DNA of 60,035 nucleotides from the NCBI GenBank assembly GCA_029247465.1, contig JAQWLF010000158.1:1-60035 (forward strand). Reading direction: 5' to 3'. The position numbers were made by a program, and so were the translations under genes. The stretch is from Candidatus Thioglobus sp. GTDB lineage: Bacteria > Pseudomonadota > Gammaproteobacteria > PS1 > Pseudothioglobaceae. Shown piece after piece: positions 32,670-42,569 of this stretch; position 1 is the stretch's first letter, and every line of letters begins with the position of its first letter. A model generated the notes under the pieces. The model made no database searches. It saw only the letters and a program-made list of their open reading frames with translations, and had not been told where the DNA came from.

Positions 32670-32730
32670 ATAAAAAACGTCTTTTTTAACATAAAAAAAT
32701 CTATTTATAGGTAAAAAAGACGTTTTTTAT
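32670..32730. repeat. Perfect 19-bp inverted repeat with 23-nt spacer
   Basis: ATAAAAAACGTCTTTTTTA (32670-32688) and TAAAAAAGACGTTTTTTAT (32712-32730) are exact reverse complements. Confidence 0.85.
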
Positions 32731-32776
32731 CAAAAAAATAAGCATTTTATCCAATAAAATAACTTGTTTCACTTGC

Positions 32777-32805
32777 TTGACAGGTAGCATTTAATGCTTT
32801 ATATT
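32777..32805 (+). promoter_or_regulatory. Sigma70-like promoter of the tgn-like operon with a palindrome in the spacer
   Basis: TTGACA (32777-32782), 17 nt, TATATT (32800-32805); AGCATT-T-AATGCT palindrome at 32786-32798. Confidence 0.6.
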
Positions 32806-32890
32806 TCTTATTAATCAAGTCGGCAGGTAGCAAGAGAAAAAGGTGAGCACCTATTACATGAATTTTTACCAACTTTAAACGGGCTGACTT

Positions 32891-33730
32891 GTGAATAGCC
32901 TTGAAATAAACAACCAAAAGACTGTGCCTAATCTTTTCAATAAAGACGGCACTTCCTATAAGATATTTGGTGACCACTCTCCAACCTTGATTTTTATACA
33001 TGGTGTAGGCATGTGTGAAGAAATATGGGCTCCTCAGGTTGAATACTTCTCTAAAAAATATCAAGTGATTACTTATGACTTTCTAGGTCATGGTCAAAGC
33101 CCGCTCCCAAAAAATGATCCTACTCTTGATGATTATGTTGAACAACTTAACAACCTTGTAGACTCGATTGGTGTCTCAAATTTCTCACTAGTTGGACACT
33201 CTATGGGCGCAATTATTAGTGTTGCGTTTGCTAGAAAGTTCCCTCAAAAAATTAATGCACTAGTCGCTTTAAATATAGTATTTAACAGAAATGAAAAGGC
33301 TCAAAAAGATGTTTTATTGAGAGCAAATCAAGTACTAGAATCAAACAAAATACTTAATATTGAAAAAACATTGGAGCGCTGGTTTAAAAATAATACCAGC
33401 TCTGCTGAATTGAATAAAATTGATAAAGTACGTAACTGGTTAAAAAATACTTCGCCCAAAGGGTATGGCGAGGCTTATCGATTATTTGCTCTATCTGATA
33501 AAGTTTTTATAAATAATCTTTACCAATTAAAATTGCCTGTACTATACTTGACAGGAAACGAAGACCCAAACTCTACCCCTCTCATGTCCAAACAGATTTC
33601 ACAAGAAACACCTAATGGCTCTAGCAAATCTGTTAAAGGTGAGGCTCATATGATGTCATATATCGCAGCAAATAAAGTCAACCCAATCATAGAACAATTT
33701 TTTACTGACTTAACAAATAATACTGAATGA
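32891..33730 (+). CDS. Alpha/beta hydrolase, TgnD-like
   Basis: IHGVG, YDFLGHG, nucleophile GHSMG, AHMM; start uncertain (GTG 32891 or GTG 32924). Confidence 0.8.
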   Translation: MNSLEINNQKTVPNLFNKDGTSYKIFGDHSPTLIFIHGVGMCEEIWAPQVEYFSKKYQVITYDFLGHGQSPLPKNDPTLDDYVEQLNNLVDSIGVSNFSLVGHSMGAIISVAFARKFPQKINALVALNIVFNRNEKAQKDVLLRANQVLESNKILNIEKTLERWFKNNTSSAELNKIDKVRNWLKNTSPKGYGEAYRLFALSDKVFINNLYQLKLPVLYLTGNEDPNSTPLMSKQISQETPNGSSKSVKGEAHMMSYIAANKVNPIIEQFFTDLTNNTE

Positions 33731-34674
33731 ATAAAGAAGACTCAAGAGACTTAAGACTGGCACTGGGATCATTTCCAACCGGAGTAACGGTAGTTACTTC
33801 CAAAGACAAAGATGATAACCCAATAGGCTTTACTGCGAACTCATTTACCTCAGTCTCTCTTAGCCCTCAATTAATATTGATATGCATTGATAAGGCTTCA
33901 TTTAATATCCAATCATTTTCTGCAGGAAAGCATTTCGCTGTTAGCGTTCTTTCGGAAAGTCAGCATCATATTTCTACTATTTTTGCAAGCCCTGATGCGG
34001 ACCGTTTTAAAAATATCGAATGGGAAGTAAAGATCACAGGGAGCCCTATAATAAGCGATTCAGTCGCCTGGTTTGATTGTGATAAGGATCAGTTTATAGA
34101 TGCTGGTGATCACTTTATTCTTATTGGAAAAGTAAGAGAGTTTGATAGTAATTCACAAAAGCCACTAGTGTATTTGCGAGGTAATTATGTTAACCTTGGG
34201 CTTGAGCAGAAAATGTTGCTTGCGATGGAAAATAAGAATACCAAAATACTTGTAGGGGCTTTAATTGAGTGGCGTAAAAAGATTTATCTTCTTAAAGATC
34301 AATCAACTGGCTTACTTTATTTTCCAACTGCTACAAGACTGGGTCAAACTGATGATGATGTCAGCCTTCTTGGCAAACTTCAAAATCTACAGATTTCTGT
34401 AACTGAACATTATCTTTTTTCAGTATTTGAGAATAGTGAAGATAAAACTAGCCTAATTTACTATCGTGCCAAAGTTGAAGATGGATCCTCTGTCACTATT
34501 GGTCAATTTTATGAATTTGATTCAATTCCATTTGACCTACTCATTGACGAACCGAGTAGAATAATGCTTAAACGCTATATTACTGAAAGAGAATTGGATG
34601 CCTTTGGTATATTTGTTGGGAAGGAGAGTGAGGGCAAAGTAGAAGCAATAACTAAATCAAATGATAATGTATAG
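33727..34674 (+). CDS. Flavin reductase with C-terminal extension, TgnA-like
   Basis: LRLALGSFPTGVTVVT, GFTANSFTSVSL, AGDHFILIG; adjacent to an LLM monooxygenase. Confidence 0.88.
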   Translation: MNKEDSRDLRLALGSFPTGVTVVTSKDKDDNPIGFTANSFTSVSLSPQLILICIDKASFNIQSFSAGKHFAVSVLSESQHHISTIFASPDADRFKNIEWEVKITGSPIISDSVAWFDCDKDQFIDAGDHFILIGKVREFDSNSQKPLVYLRGNYVNLGLEQKMLLAMENKNTKILVGALIEWRKKIYLLKDQSTGLLYFPTATRLGQTDDDVSLLGKLQNLQISVTEHYLFSVFENSEDKTSLIYYRAKVEDGSSVTIGQFYEFDSIPFDLLIDEPSRIMLKRYITERELDAFGIFVGKESEGKVEAITKSNDNV

Positions 34675-34685
34675 GAACAACTGAA

Positions 34686-35723
34686 ATGGATTTTTCTTTT
34701 TTTGCACATATGGAGCGAGTCGACAAAGAGCAAGCCCAAAAGCGCTTGTATGAAGAGTTTGTTGAGCTCTGTCAAATAGCAGATAAATCTGGTTTCACAA
34801 CGATATGGACCGGAGAGCATCATGGCATGAACTTCACTATTGCACCAAATCCTTTTATCAGCCTTGCAGATCTAGCCCGAAGAACTAAAAATGTTAAATT
34901 AGGTACGGCAACTATTGTTGCACCTTTTTGGCATCCTATAAAACTTGCAGAAGAGGCGGCAATGACAGATATCATTTCAAATGGTCGTCTAGAATTAGGA
35001 ATAGCTCGAGGGGCATATTCATTTGAATATGATAGGCTTGCTGAGGGAATTGATGCCTTTTCAGCTGGTGGCGCTTTGAGAGAGATTGTGCCTGCAATTA
35101 AGGCGTTATGGCGAGGCGACTATGAGGGTGAGGGTGAGCACTGGTCATTCCCAAAAACCACAAGCTCACCTAAACCACAACAGTTTCCACACCCACCAAT
35201 TTGGATTGCAGCTAGAGATCAAAAATCACATGATTTTGCACTGGAACAGGGCTGCAATGTCCAGGTAACTCCGCTTTGGCTTGGTGATGAAGAGGTGATT
35301 TCATTAATGGAACGATTTAATAACGCTTGCGAGTCATATAAGGAAATGCCTCGGCCTAAAATTATGCTTTTGCGCCATACATTTGTTGGTGAAAACGAAG
35401 AAGAAGTTGCTCAAGGCGCTAAAGATATTTCGAGGTTCTACTGTTATTTTGGTGCATGGTTCAAAAATGAACGACCTATAGAACAAGGCCTTATCGAAAA
35501 ACTTACTGATGAAGAAATGTCTAAAATTGATATGTATTCACCTGAAAAAATGAGAAAGAATAGTATTATAGGAACCCCTGATAAAGTCATTGAGCGCATA
35601 AAGCTTTGTGAAAGCCTTGGTTATGATGAATACAGCTATTGGGTTGACAGCACCATGAGCTTTGAAAAGAAAAAGAAATCATTAGAGCTCTTTATTGACA
35701 AAGTGATGCCAGCATTTACTTAA
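34686..35723 (+). CDS. Luciferase-like flavin-dependent monooxygenase, TgnB (trigonelline monooxygenase)-like
   Basis: HMER, IWTGEHHGMNFTIAPNPF, APFWHPIKLA, GIARGAYSFEY, CNVQVTPL; subfamily recognised from memory. Confidence 0.85.
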   Translation: MDFSFFAHMERVDKEQAQKRLYEEFVELCQIADKSGFTTIWTGEHHGMNFTIAPNPFISLADLARRTKNVKLGTATIVAPFWHPIKLAEEAAMTDIISNGRLELGIARGAYSFEYDRLAEGIDAFSAGGALREIVPAIKALWRGDYEGEGEHWSFPKTTSSPKPQQFPHPPIWIAARDQKSHDFALEQGCNVQVTPLWLGDEEVISLMERFNNACESYKEMPRPKIMLLRHTFVGENEEEVAQGAKDISRFYCYFGAWFKNERPIEQGLIEKLTDEEMSKIDMYSPEKMRKNSIIGTPDKVIERIKLCESLGYDEYSYWVDSTMSFEKKKKSLELFIDKVMPAFT

Positions 35724-35735
35724 AAAGGAAAACGG

Positions 35736-37205
35736 ATGGAACAATTTAAACACTACATTAATGGAAAGTTTAGTATTGGCTCAGACCACTTTGAAACACT
35801 AAATCCAGCAAATGGAAAGCCATGGGCAAGTTTTCCTGCAGCTACAGAAGAAGACTCAATTATAGCTATTGAGTCAGCACATAATGCTCTCTATCAGGGC
35901 CCGTGGGCAGACTATACAGCCACCGAAAGAGGCAAACTCATTTATAAGCTAGGTGACTTAATTTCAGAACATGCAAGCGAGCTGGGCGATCTTGAAACAA
36001 GAGACAGTGGTAAGTTGCTAGTTGAAACACGGAGTCAATCAAAATATGTAGCTGATTATTACTATTATTACGCTGGACTTGCCGATAAGATACAAGGAGA
36101 AGTGCTTCCTATCGATAAGCCAAACATGAGGGTTTTTACGACCCGTGAACCTATCGGAGTTGTGGTTGCTATTGTTCCTTGGAATGCTCAACTTTTCCTA
36201 GCGGCAACTAAAATAGCTCCTGCATTAGCTGCAGGAAATACTGTAATTGTAAAAGCCTCTGAACAGGCTCCAGCAGCGCTGTTTAAATTCGCTGAATTAG
36301 TTCACAAAAGTGGATTTCCGCCTGGTGTTATAAACATCATAACTGGTTTTGCTGAGCCCTGTGGTCGTGTCATTACAAGTCACCCTAAGGTCGCAAGAGT
36401 AGCCTTTACTGGTGGCACTGAAGTTGCTAGGCATATCGTTAGAAATACTGCTGAAAATTTTGCTCATTTGAGCCTTGAGCTTGGAGGTAAATCACCGATG
36501 TTAGTCTTCGATGACTGCAATATTGAAGGAGCAGTGAATGGCATTATTGCAGGCAATTTTGGTGCATCTGGTCAAAGCTGTGTAGCTGGCTCACGTGTGT
36601 TTATACAAAGATCAATACATAGCGAAATAATTAGCAAAATTAAGGAGCGTTCAAAATCAATTATTGTAGGCGATCCACTCGATGAAAAGACTCAAGTAGG
36701 TCCACTCGCAACAACACTTCAGGTTAAGAGGGCTTCGAGCGTTATTAAACAATCTATTAAGCAAGGCGCTAGTCTAGTTTTTGGAGGTAATCGTCCAGAG
36801 CATTTAAAAGAAGGCTGGTACTTTGAACCTACCTTGCTGGATTGTCCAAGTCAAGAATTTGATTGTGTAAAAACTGAACTTTTCGCTCCTGTTATTAGCG
36901 TCATTGCTTTTGATACTGAGGAAGAAGCAGTAGAGATGGCTAATGATTCTGATTATGGCCTTGGAGCAGGTATATTTACTGAAAATTTAGCAAGAGCTCA
37001 TCGTGTTAGTCAAAACATACACTCAGGAATTGTTTGGGTAAATACCTATCGAGCAATATCTCCCATATCACCTTTCGGTGGATTTAAACAAAGCGGTGGA
37101 AGTCGTGAAGCTGGAATTGATGCTATTCATGAATATACTCGAACCAAAACAACATGGATTAATACATCACCTGATCCTATGAGCAATCCTTTTGTAATGA
37201 GATAA
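35736..37205 (+). CDS. NAD-dependent aldehyde dehydrogenase, TgnC-like
   Basis: PWN, FTGGT, LELGGKSP, catalytic GQSCVAG, PFGGFKQSG, C-terminal NPFVMR. Confidence 0.9.
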   Translation: MEQFKHYINGKFSIGSDHFETLNPANGKPWASFPAATEEDSIIAIESAHNALYQGPWADYTATERGKLIYKLGDLISEHASELGDLETRDSGKLLVETRSQSKYVADYYYYYAGLADKIQGEVLPIDKPNMRVFTTREPIGVVVAIVPWNAQLFLAATKIAPALAAGNTVIVKASEQAPAALFKFAELVHKSGFPPGVINIITGFAEPCGRVITSHPKVARVAFTGGTEVARHIVRNTAENFAHLSLELGGKSPMLVFDDCNIEGAVNGIIAGNFGASGQSCVAGSRVFIQRSIHSEIISKIKERSKSIIVGDPLDEKTQVGPLATTLQVKRASSVIKQSIKQGASLVFGGNRPEHLKEGWYFEPTLLDCPSQEFDCVKTELFAPVISVIAFDTEEEAVEMANDSDYGLGAGIFTENLARAHRVSQNIHSGIVWVNTYRAISPISPFGGFKQSGGSREAGIDAIHEYTRTKTTWINTSPDPMSNPFVMR

Positions 37206-37244
37206 ATGGATTTTTTATTGAAACTAAATATGATGGAGTAAGTA

Positions 37245-37625
37245 ATGGACAAAAAATTATTTGAATTAGGACTATCTAGAAGAAAGGCGACTCTTGGAAG
37301 TGATTATGTTGAAAAAAATCTCGAGGCGGCTGATGACTTTAACGAAGACTTTCAAAAACAGATGACCGAATGGTGCTGGGGATTTGGCTGGGGAGATGAT
37401 ACAATAAATGAAAAAACCAGGTCTATGATGAACCTAACAATGATTGCGGCACTCGGAAAAATGGATGAATGGGAAATACACCTTAATGGTGCGCTAACGA
37501 ATGGCGTGAGCAAGGAAGAGATAAAGTCTATACTTCATGTGATTGCAATCTACTGTGGTGTACCACAAGGAGTTGAGTGCTTCAAAATTGCAAGAAAGGT
37601 ATTAGAGAATGCTGGTGAAATCTGA
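37245..37625 (+). CDS. Carboxymuconolactone decarboxylase-family protein (TgnF-like)
   Basis: TEWCWG, RSMMNL, HLNGALTNG, IYCGVP. Confidence 0.88.
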   Translation: MDKKLFELGLSRRKATLGSDYVEKNLEAADDFNEDFQKQMTEWCWGFGWGDDTINEKTRSMMNLTMIAALGKMDEWEIHLNGALTNGVSKEEIKSILHVIAIYCGVPQGVECFKIARKVLENAGEI

Positions 37626-37646
37626 TCTCACTTTTTATTGATATTA

Positions 37647-38546
37647 TTAATTCGCCATTTTTTTTGAAATTGCCATAGCAACTGCAAATGCTATTAATAA
37701 AACTCCAATTATTGAAATAAAACCCATGGTTTCGCCAAATAGATACCAAGCTTGAATCGCAACAAGCGCTGGTACTAAATAAAAGTAACTTCCAACTCTT
37801 GCTGAAGCGTCCTGCTTAATCATTGTCATTAAAAGAAGTACTGCTCCAATTGAAAGCCCCACAACCTGCCAAGCTAAAGTAATAATGAATGTATTAGTCC
37901 ATTGAACTTCGCCAGTCTCAAAACAAATAACCATAGTAATGCACAATATAAAAGCACCTAAGTATTGGACCATCGTTCCACTAATTAAATCCATATCACT
38001 ACAAAATCGCTTCTGATAAACAGTGCCTAAAGAAATTCCAAATAGAGATAAAAAGACAACCAAAATTGCCCAAAAAGAAAAACCACTAAACAAACCTTCA
38101 ATAGCAAAGTCAAATCTTTCGAATAAAACCAAATATAGTCCTACAAGTCCAATGATTAAACCCATCCATTGCTTTGTAGAAACCCGCTCATGAAGAATTA
38201 TTCCAGCAATAAATGCCATTCCCAGAGGCTGAAGACCAATAATCATAGAGGCAAGACCAGCAGGCATCCCCCACTTGATAGCCTGGAAAACACCTCCAAG
38301 GTAAACGCCATGAATCAAAAAGCCTGTAACCATTAAGTGAAAAAATGCCAACCTAGAGCTCGGCCAAATGCTTTTATTGATTCGCATAATGAATAACATT
38401 ACTATCAATGTAAGAACAATTCGATAAGATAACAAAGTAAAAGGCTCTGCATATGGTAGCCCATATTTAGCAGCTAAGAAACCTGTGCTCCATATCCAAA
38501 CAAAAAGCCAAGGGGTTAAACGCGCGCTTAAAGTAAGATTTTTCAT
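37647..38546 (-). CDS. DMT/EamA family transporter
   Basis: IWSTGFLAAKYG, YQKRF, FYLVPA; about 10 hydrophobic segments. Confidence 0.9.
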   Translation of the reverse strand: MKNLTLSARLTPWLFVWIWSTGFLAAKYGLPYAEPFTLLSYRIVLTLIVMLFIMRINKSIWPSSRLAFFHLMVTGFLIHGVYLGGVFQAIKWGMPAGLASMIIGLQPLGMAFIAGIILHERVSTKQWMGLIIGLVGLYLVLFERFDFAIEGLFSGFSFWAILVVFLSLFGISLGTVYQKRFCSDMDLISGTMVQYLGAFILCITMVICFETGEVQWTNTFIITLAWQVVGLSIGAVLLLMTMIKQDASARVGSYFYLVPALVAIQAWYLFGETMGFISIIGVLLIAFAVAMAISKKMAN

Positions 38547-38712
38547 AAAAACACCAATAATTCATTAACTTGGTAAATCGCTAATTAAAATAGCTTTCTC
38601 AGTTAATTGAGAATCGATTTTATACAAAATAGCCTGGCAACAATGAAGAAACGCAACCAGAGATAAACTGCGATTAGACTATAATTGAGGTTATCAAAAT
38701 TTTGAGAATTTT

Positions 38713-40554
38713 ATGAAGCATTTTTTTTCAATTATTCTTTTTTTATTACTGATTCCACTTTCACAAACTTGGGCTGAAACTCTTAATACGGATAATGCAT
38801 TAAGTCAAAGTAGTAGTGCTGAATCTTCAAGCCTATTACTATCTGATAATAACTCAAAAAATAAAAAACATCCTCTACCTGTTAAGGAGGCCTTTGAATT
38901 AAAAGCACTTTCAGTAGATGGTGAAACAGTTGCCGTTTCGTGGCTCACTAAAAATAACTACTATCTTTATAAAGACAAGATATCTTTTGTTGCCGAGGGT
39001 GCTAGAATTGAAAGTGCCATTTTTCCAAAAGCCAAATTAAAAGAAGATGAGTTTTTTGGCGAGGTTAGCATTTATGACGAGCCGTTAGAAGTAACTCTCT
39101 TGCTAAGTGATATAACGAGCAATCCTATTAATTTAATTATTAAACATCAAGGCTGCTGGAGTGGCGGGGTTTGCTATCCACCACAGAGCGATACAATTAA
39201 AGTTGACCTCACTGGTTCTAAAATCTACTCTAGCACTTCTTCAGAAAAAATAAATACCAGCGAGCTAAGGGTAAAAGAAAAATTCCGACAAGGTGGATTG
39301 GCATTATTTTTTGCCGCATTTATAGCTGGACTAGCATTATCCTGGACGCCTTGTGTATATCCAATGGTACCAATACTCTCGGGAATTATCATTGGGCAAA
39401 AGCAAACTCCTAGCAACTTAAAGGCTGTTTTGATGTCTCTGGCTTTTGTATTCTCAATGTCTATTGCTTACGGATTAATCGGTGCAACTGCAGGTTTTTT
39501 TGGGGCCGGCATAAACCTCCAGGCAATAATGCAAACTCCATGGGTTTTAGTTGTATTTAGTTTAATTTTCATTTTCCTTGCATTTTCTATGTTTGGGTTT
39601 TACGACATTCAATTACCTTCTAAATTCCAAAATAAAATTACCAATCTAAGCAATAAACAAAGTGGTGGCAATTTTATAGGGGTTAGCATAATGGGATTTC
39701 TTTCTGCATTAATTGTTGGACCATGTGTAACTCCCTTTTTGGCTACTGCCCTCAGCTATGTTATAGCTGGTGGAAGCGCATTAAAAGGCGGCATTAGTCT
39801 TTTTGCTATGGGCTTAGGAATGGGTGTTCCGTTAATAATAATTTGTGGATGGGGAGTTAATGCACTTCCTAAGGCTGGTCCATGGATGGAGAGTGTGAAG
39901 CAGATTTTTGGCTTCTTTATGATTGCCGTTGCTTTATATTTACTTGATCGAATTCTAAACCCACTTGTATCACTTGTGATTTGGGCTGTCTTGTTTACTT
40001 ATGCGCCTATAAAGATTGGTATTTTTAAAAATTTAACCCAAGAGATTAATATTTGGAACATTTTATTTAAAGTTTTAGGATTAATCATATTTGCTTATGG
40101 CCTTCTTCTTTGGCTTTTAGTTGCAAAAGGTGGCGGGGATATTCAAAAACCTTTAGATTCAATCCTTTATGGTGAAACTATAGAACATTCAAAGATCATT
40201 AAATTTAATACGATAAAAAATGAAGATCAACTCAGCTCCGAAATCACTAAAACTGTAAATAACAACAAACTACTAATTGTTAAATTTTATGCAGATTGGT
40301 GTATTTCGTGCAATAAATTAGAACGTGTCGTTTTCTCTAATAAAGCAGTTAATGAAGCACTAAAAGACACTCTTACCTCTACTTTAGATGTAACTGATAA
40401 TAATCGTTTTAATCAATCAATGCTGGCAAGATTCTCTCTTGTAGGGCCGCCTGCACTTTTATTTTTTAAAAATGGATTAGAGCAACGCTCCTATCGAATT
40501 ATCGGAGAAATAAGCGCAAAAGAACTTGTTGAACATCTAAATAATTTGCGATAA
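38713..40554 (+). CDS. dsbD: Thiol:disulfide interchange protein DsbD
   Basis: Signal peptide; QGCWSGGVCYPP, TPCVYPM, GPCVTP, thioredoxin ADWCISC. Confidence 0.96.
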   Translation: MKHFFSIILFLLLIPLSQTWAETLNTDNALSQSSSAESSSLLLSDNNSKNKKHPLPVKEAFELKALSVDGETVAVSWLTKNNYYLYKDKISFVAEGARIESAIFPKAKLKEDEFFGEVSIYDEPLEVTLLLSDITSNPINLIIKHQGCWSGGVCYPPQSDTIKVDLTGSKIYSSTSSEKINTSELRVKEKFRQGGLALFFAAFIAGLALSWTPCVYPMVPILSGIIIGQKQTPSNLKAVLMSLAFVFSMSIAYGLIGATAGFFGAGINLQAIMQTPWVLVVFSLIFIFLAFSMFGFYDIQLPSKFQNKITNLSNKQSGGNFIGVSIMGFLSALIVGPCVTPFLATALSYVIAGGSALKGGISLFAMGLGMGVPLIIICGWGVNALPKAGPWMESVKQIFGFFMIAVALYLLDRILNPLVSLVIWAVLFTYAPIKIGIFKNLTQEINIWNILFKVLGLIIFAYGLLLWLLVAKGGGDIQKPLDSILYGETIEHSKIIKFNTIKNEDQLSSEITKTVNNNKLLIVKFYADWCISCNKLERVVFSNKAVNEALKDTLTSTLDVTDNNRFNQSMLARFSLVGPPALLFFKNGLEQRSYRIIGEISAKELVEHLNNLR

Positions 40555-40614
40555 ATATTAGCAAAATTCCCTTAAATGCTTTGAATGGACGCTATATTTA
40601 GCCAAATAGATGTT

Positions 40615-40730
40615 AAAATTCTTATACTCAATAATAAGCTAAGAATCAAGCTTTAGAGGTTTGATCATTAAATAATTCTAAGCCAAAAATATAAACTTGG
40701 TATCATTTCACGCCTTGAAGCATAAGTTAT
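40615..40730 (+). pseudogene. Possible eroded aroQ (type II dehydroquinase) remnant
   Basis: KILILN at 40615-40632 and GIISRLEA-stop followed by G-TTAT at 40699-40730 resemble the AroQ termini; lies in the dsbD-aroQ-accB slot. Confidence 0.4.
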
Positions 40731-40776
40731 ACATTTGTAATTTAAAACTAATGGCAAAGAAAAATAGGGAGCAGTA

Positions 40777-41220
40777 ATGGATATTCGTAAAGTAAAAAAA
40801 CTAATGGAACTTCTAGAGAAATCTGGAATGGCAGAAATTGAAATTAAAGAAGGAGAAGAGTCGGTAAAAATTTCTAGGTTTGGCAATGCTCCTATGCCAA
40901 CTCAAACAAATTTTCACCAGCCAGCACCTACTGTAGCTCCTTCTATTTCAGCAGAACCAACATCTATTGCTGAGCCACAATCTAATGATCAAGCTGTAAC
41001 ATCCCCAATGGTAGGAACGTATTATTCAGCGCCCTCACCAACAGCTAAGCCATTTATCACGGTGGGTCAAAAAATACAGCAGGGCGACACCGTAGGCATT
41101 ATAGAAGCTATGAAAATCATGAATCAAATAGAGGCTGACCACTCAGGAACAGTAATAGAGATACTCGTTAAGGATGGCGAAGCAGTTGAATTTGGACAAC
41201 CATTAATCATAGTTCAATGA
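40777..41220 (+). CDS. accB: Acetyl-CoA carboxylase biotin carboxyl carrier protein
   Basis: [15 protein letters not shown], biotinylation motif EAMKIMN. Confidence 0.98.
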   Translation: MDIRKVKKLMELLEKSGMAEIEIKEGEESVKISRFGNAPMPTQTNFHQPAPTVAPSISAEPTSIAEPQSNDQAVTSPMVGTYYSAPSPTAKPFITVGQKIQQGDTVGIIEAMKIMNQIEADHSGTVIEILVKDGEAVEFGQPLIIVQ

Positions 41221-42569
41221 GTTCTATAAAAAAAGTATTGATCGCCAATCGAGGCGAAATAGCACTGCGCATTCTTCGAGCCTGCAAAGAGCTTGATATT
41301 CAAACAGTTGCTGTATATTCAACAGCCGATAAAGACCTTAAACATGTACGTTTGGCTGATGAAGCAGTTTGTATAGGCCCTAATCCTTCAATTAATAGTT
41401 ACCTTAATATTCCAGCCATTATTAGTGCGGCTGAATTAACCCATTCTGACGCAATTCATCCTGGATATGGCTTTCTTTCAGAAAATGCAGATTTTGCAGA
41501 TCAAGTAGAGCAAAGCGGTTTTATTTTTATTGGCCCAAGATCTGAAAATATTAAAGTGATGGGTGACAAAGTTGCAGCAATTGAGGCAATGCAAAATTCA
41601 GGAGTGCCTTGTGTTCCAGGTTCAAATGGAGCGCTCGATAATAATGAAAAGAGAAGCCTTAAAATTGCTAAAGAAATTGGTCTTCCTATAATTATTAAAG
41701 CCTCAGGTGGAGGTGGCGGAAGAGGAATGCGAGTTGTTGAGTCCGAAAAGGATTTAGCCAGCTCTATTGAGCTAACAAAAACAGAAGCTTTAAGTTTTTT
41801 TGGTAATGATGAAGTCTACATGGAAAAATTTCTAACAACACCAAGGCATGTTGAAGTGCAAGTTCTTGCCGATCAACATGGAAATGCTATCCATCTTGGC
41901 GAGAGAGACTGCTCAATGCAGCGTCGCCACCAAAAGGTTGTAGAGGAGGCTCCTGCGCCAGGCATAAGCGAACAGCTTCGAAATAAGATAGGCAGTATTT
42001 GTGCAGAGGCATGTAAACAAATAAACTATCGCGGCGCTGGAACATTTGAATTTCTTTTTGACAATGATGAATTTTACTTTATTGAAATGAATACCAGAGT
42101 TCAAGTCGAACACCCAGTTACTGAAATGATTACCGGTGTCGATATTGTCCGTGAGCAGATTTTAATTGCTGGTGGTGATAAATTATCGCTAACTCAAGAC
42201 CAAGTTCAAATAAAAGGCCATGCAGTTGAATGTAGGATTAATGCTGAAGACCCAGTTACCTTTATGCCGTCTCCAGGGAAAATTACTCAATACCACGCAG
42301 CCGGTGGACTTGGTGTTAGGATAGATTCGCATGTTTATAACGGTTATAATGTTCCGCCTTACTATGACTCGATGATTGGAAAAGTGATTACTTTTGGTGG
42401 AAATAGAACTAATGCAATTATAAAAATGCAAAATGCGCTTGATGAAATGGTCATCGATGGAATTAAAACGAATATCCCACTTCAAAGAAAAATTATGACT
42501 GACAAGACATTCAAAAAAGGTGGTATGAATATTCATTACCTTGAAAAAATGCTTGGAGAAGTTGAATAA
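41217..42569 (+). CDS. accC: Biotin carboxylase
   Basis: [35 protein letters not shown]. Confidence 0.99.
   Translation: MSSIKKVLIANRGEIALRILRACKELDIQTVAVYSTADKDLKHVRLADEAVCIGPNPSINSYLNIPAIISAAELTHSDAIHPGYGFLSENADFADQVEQSGFIFIGPRSENIKVMGDKVAAIEAMQNSGVPCVPGSNGALDNNEKRSLKIAKEIGLPIIIKASGGGGGRGMRVVESEKDLASSIELTKTEALSFFGNDEVYMEKFLTTPRHVEVQVLADQHGNAIHLGERDCSMQRRHQKVVEEAPAPGISEQLRNKIGSICAEACKQINYRGAGTFEFLFDNDEFYFIEMNTRVQVEHPVTEMITGVDIVREQILIAGGDKLSLTQDQVQIKGHAVECRINAEDPVTFMPSPGKITQYHAAGGLGVRIDSHVYNGYNVPPYYDSMIGKVITFGGNRTNAIIKMQNALDEMVIDGIKTNIPLQRKIMTDKTFKKGGMNIHYLEKMLGEVE

Noticed and set aside
32526-32760. CRISPR array, integron attC array or IS ends
   Set aside because: No periodic repeat-spacer pattern, no cas, integrase or transposase gene; only one inverted repeat and A/T tracts.
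32747-33064. 105-aa minus-strand ORF
   Set aside because: Antisense to the hydrolase and its promoter; no recognisable motif.
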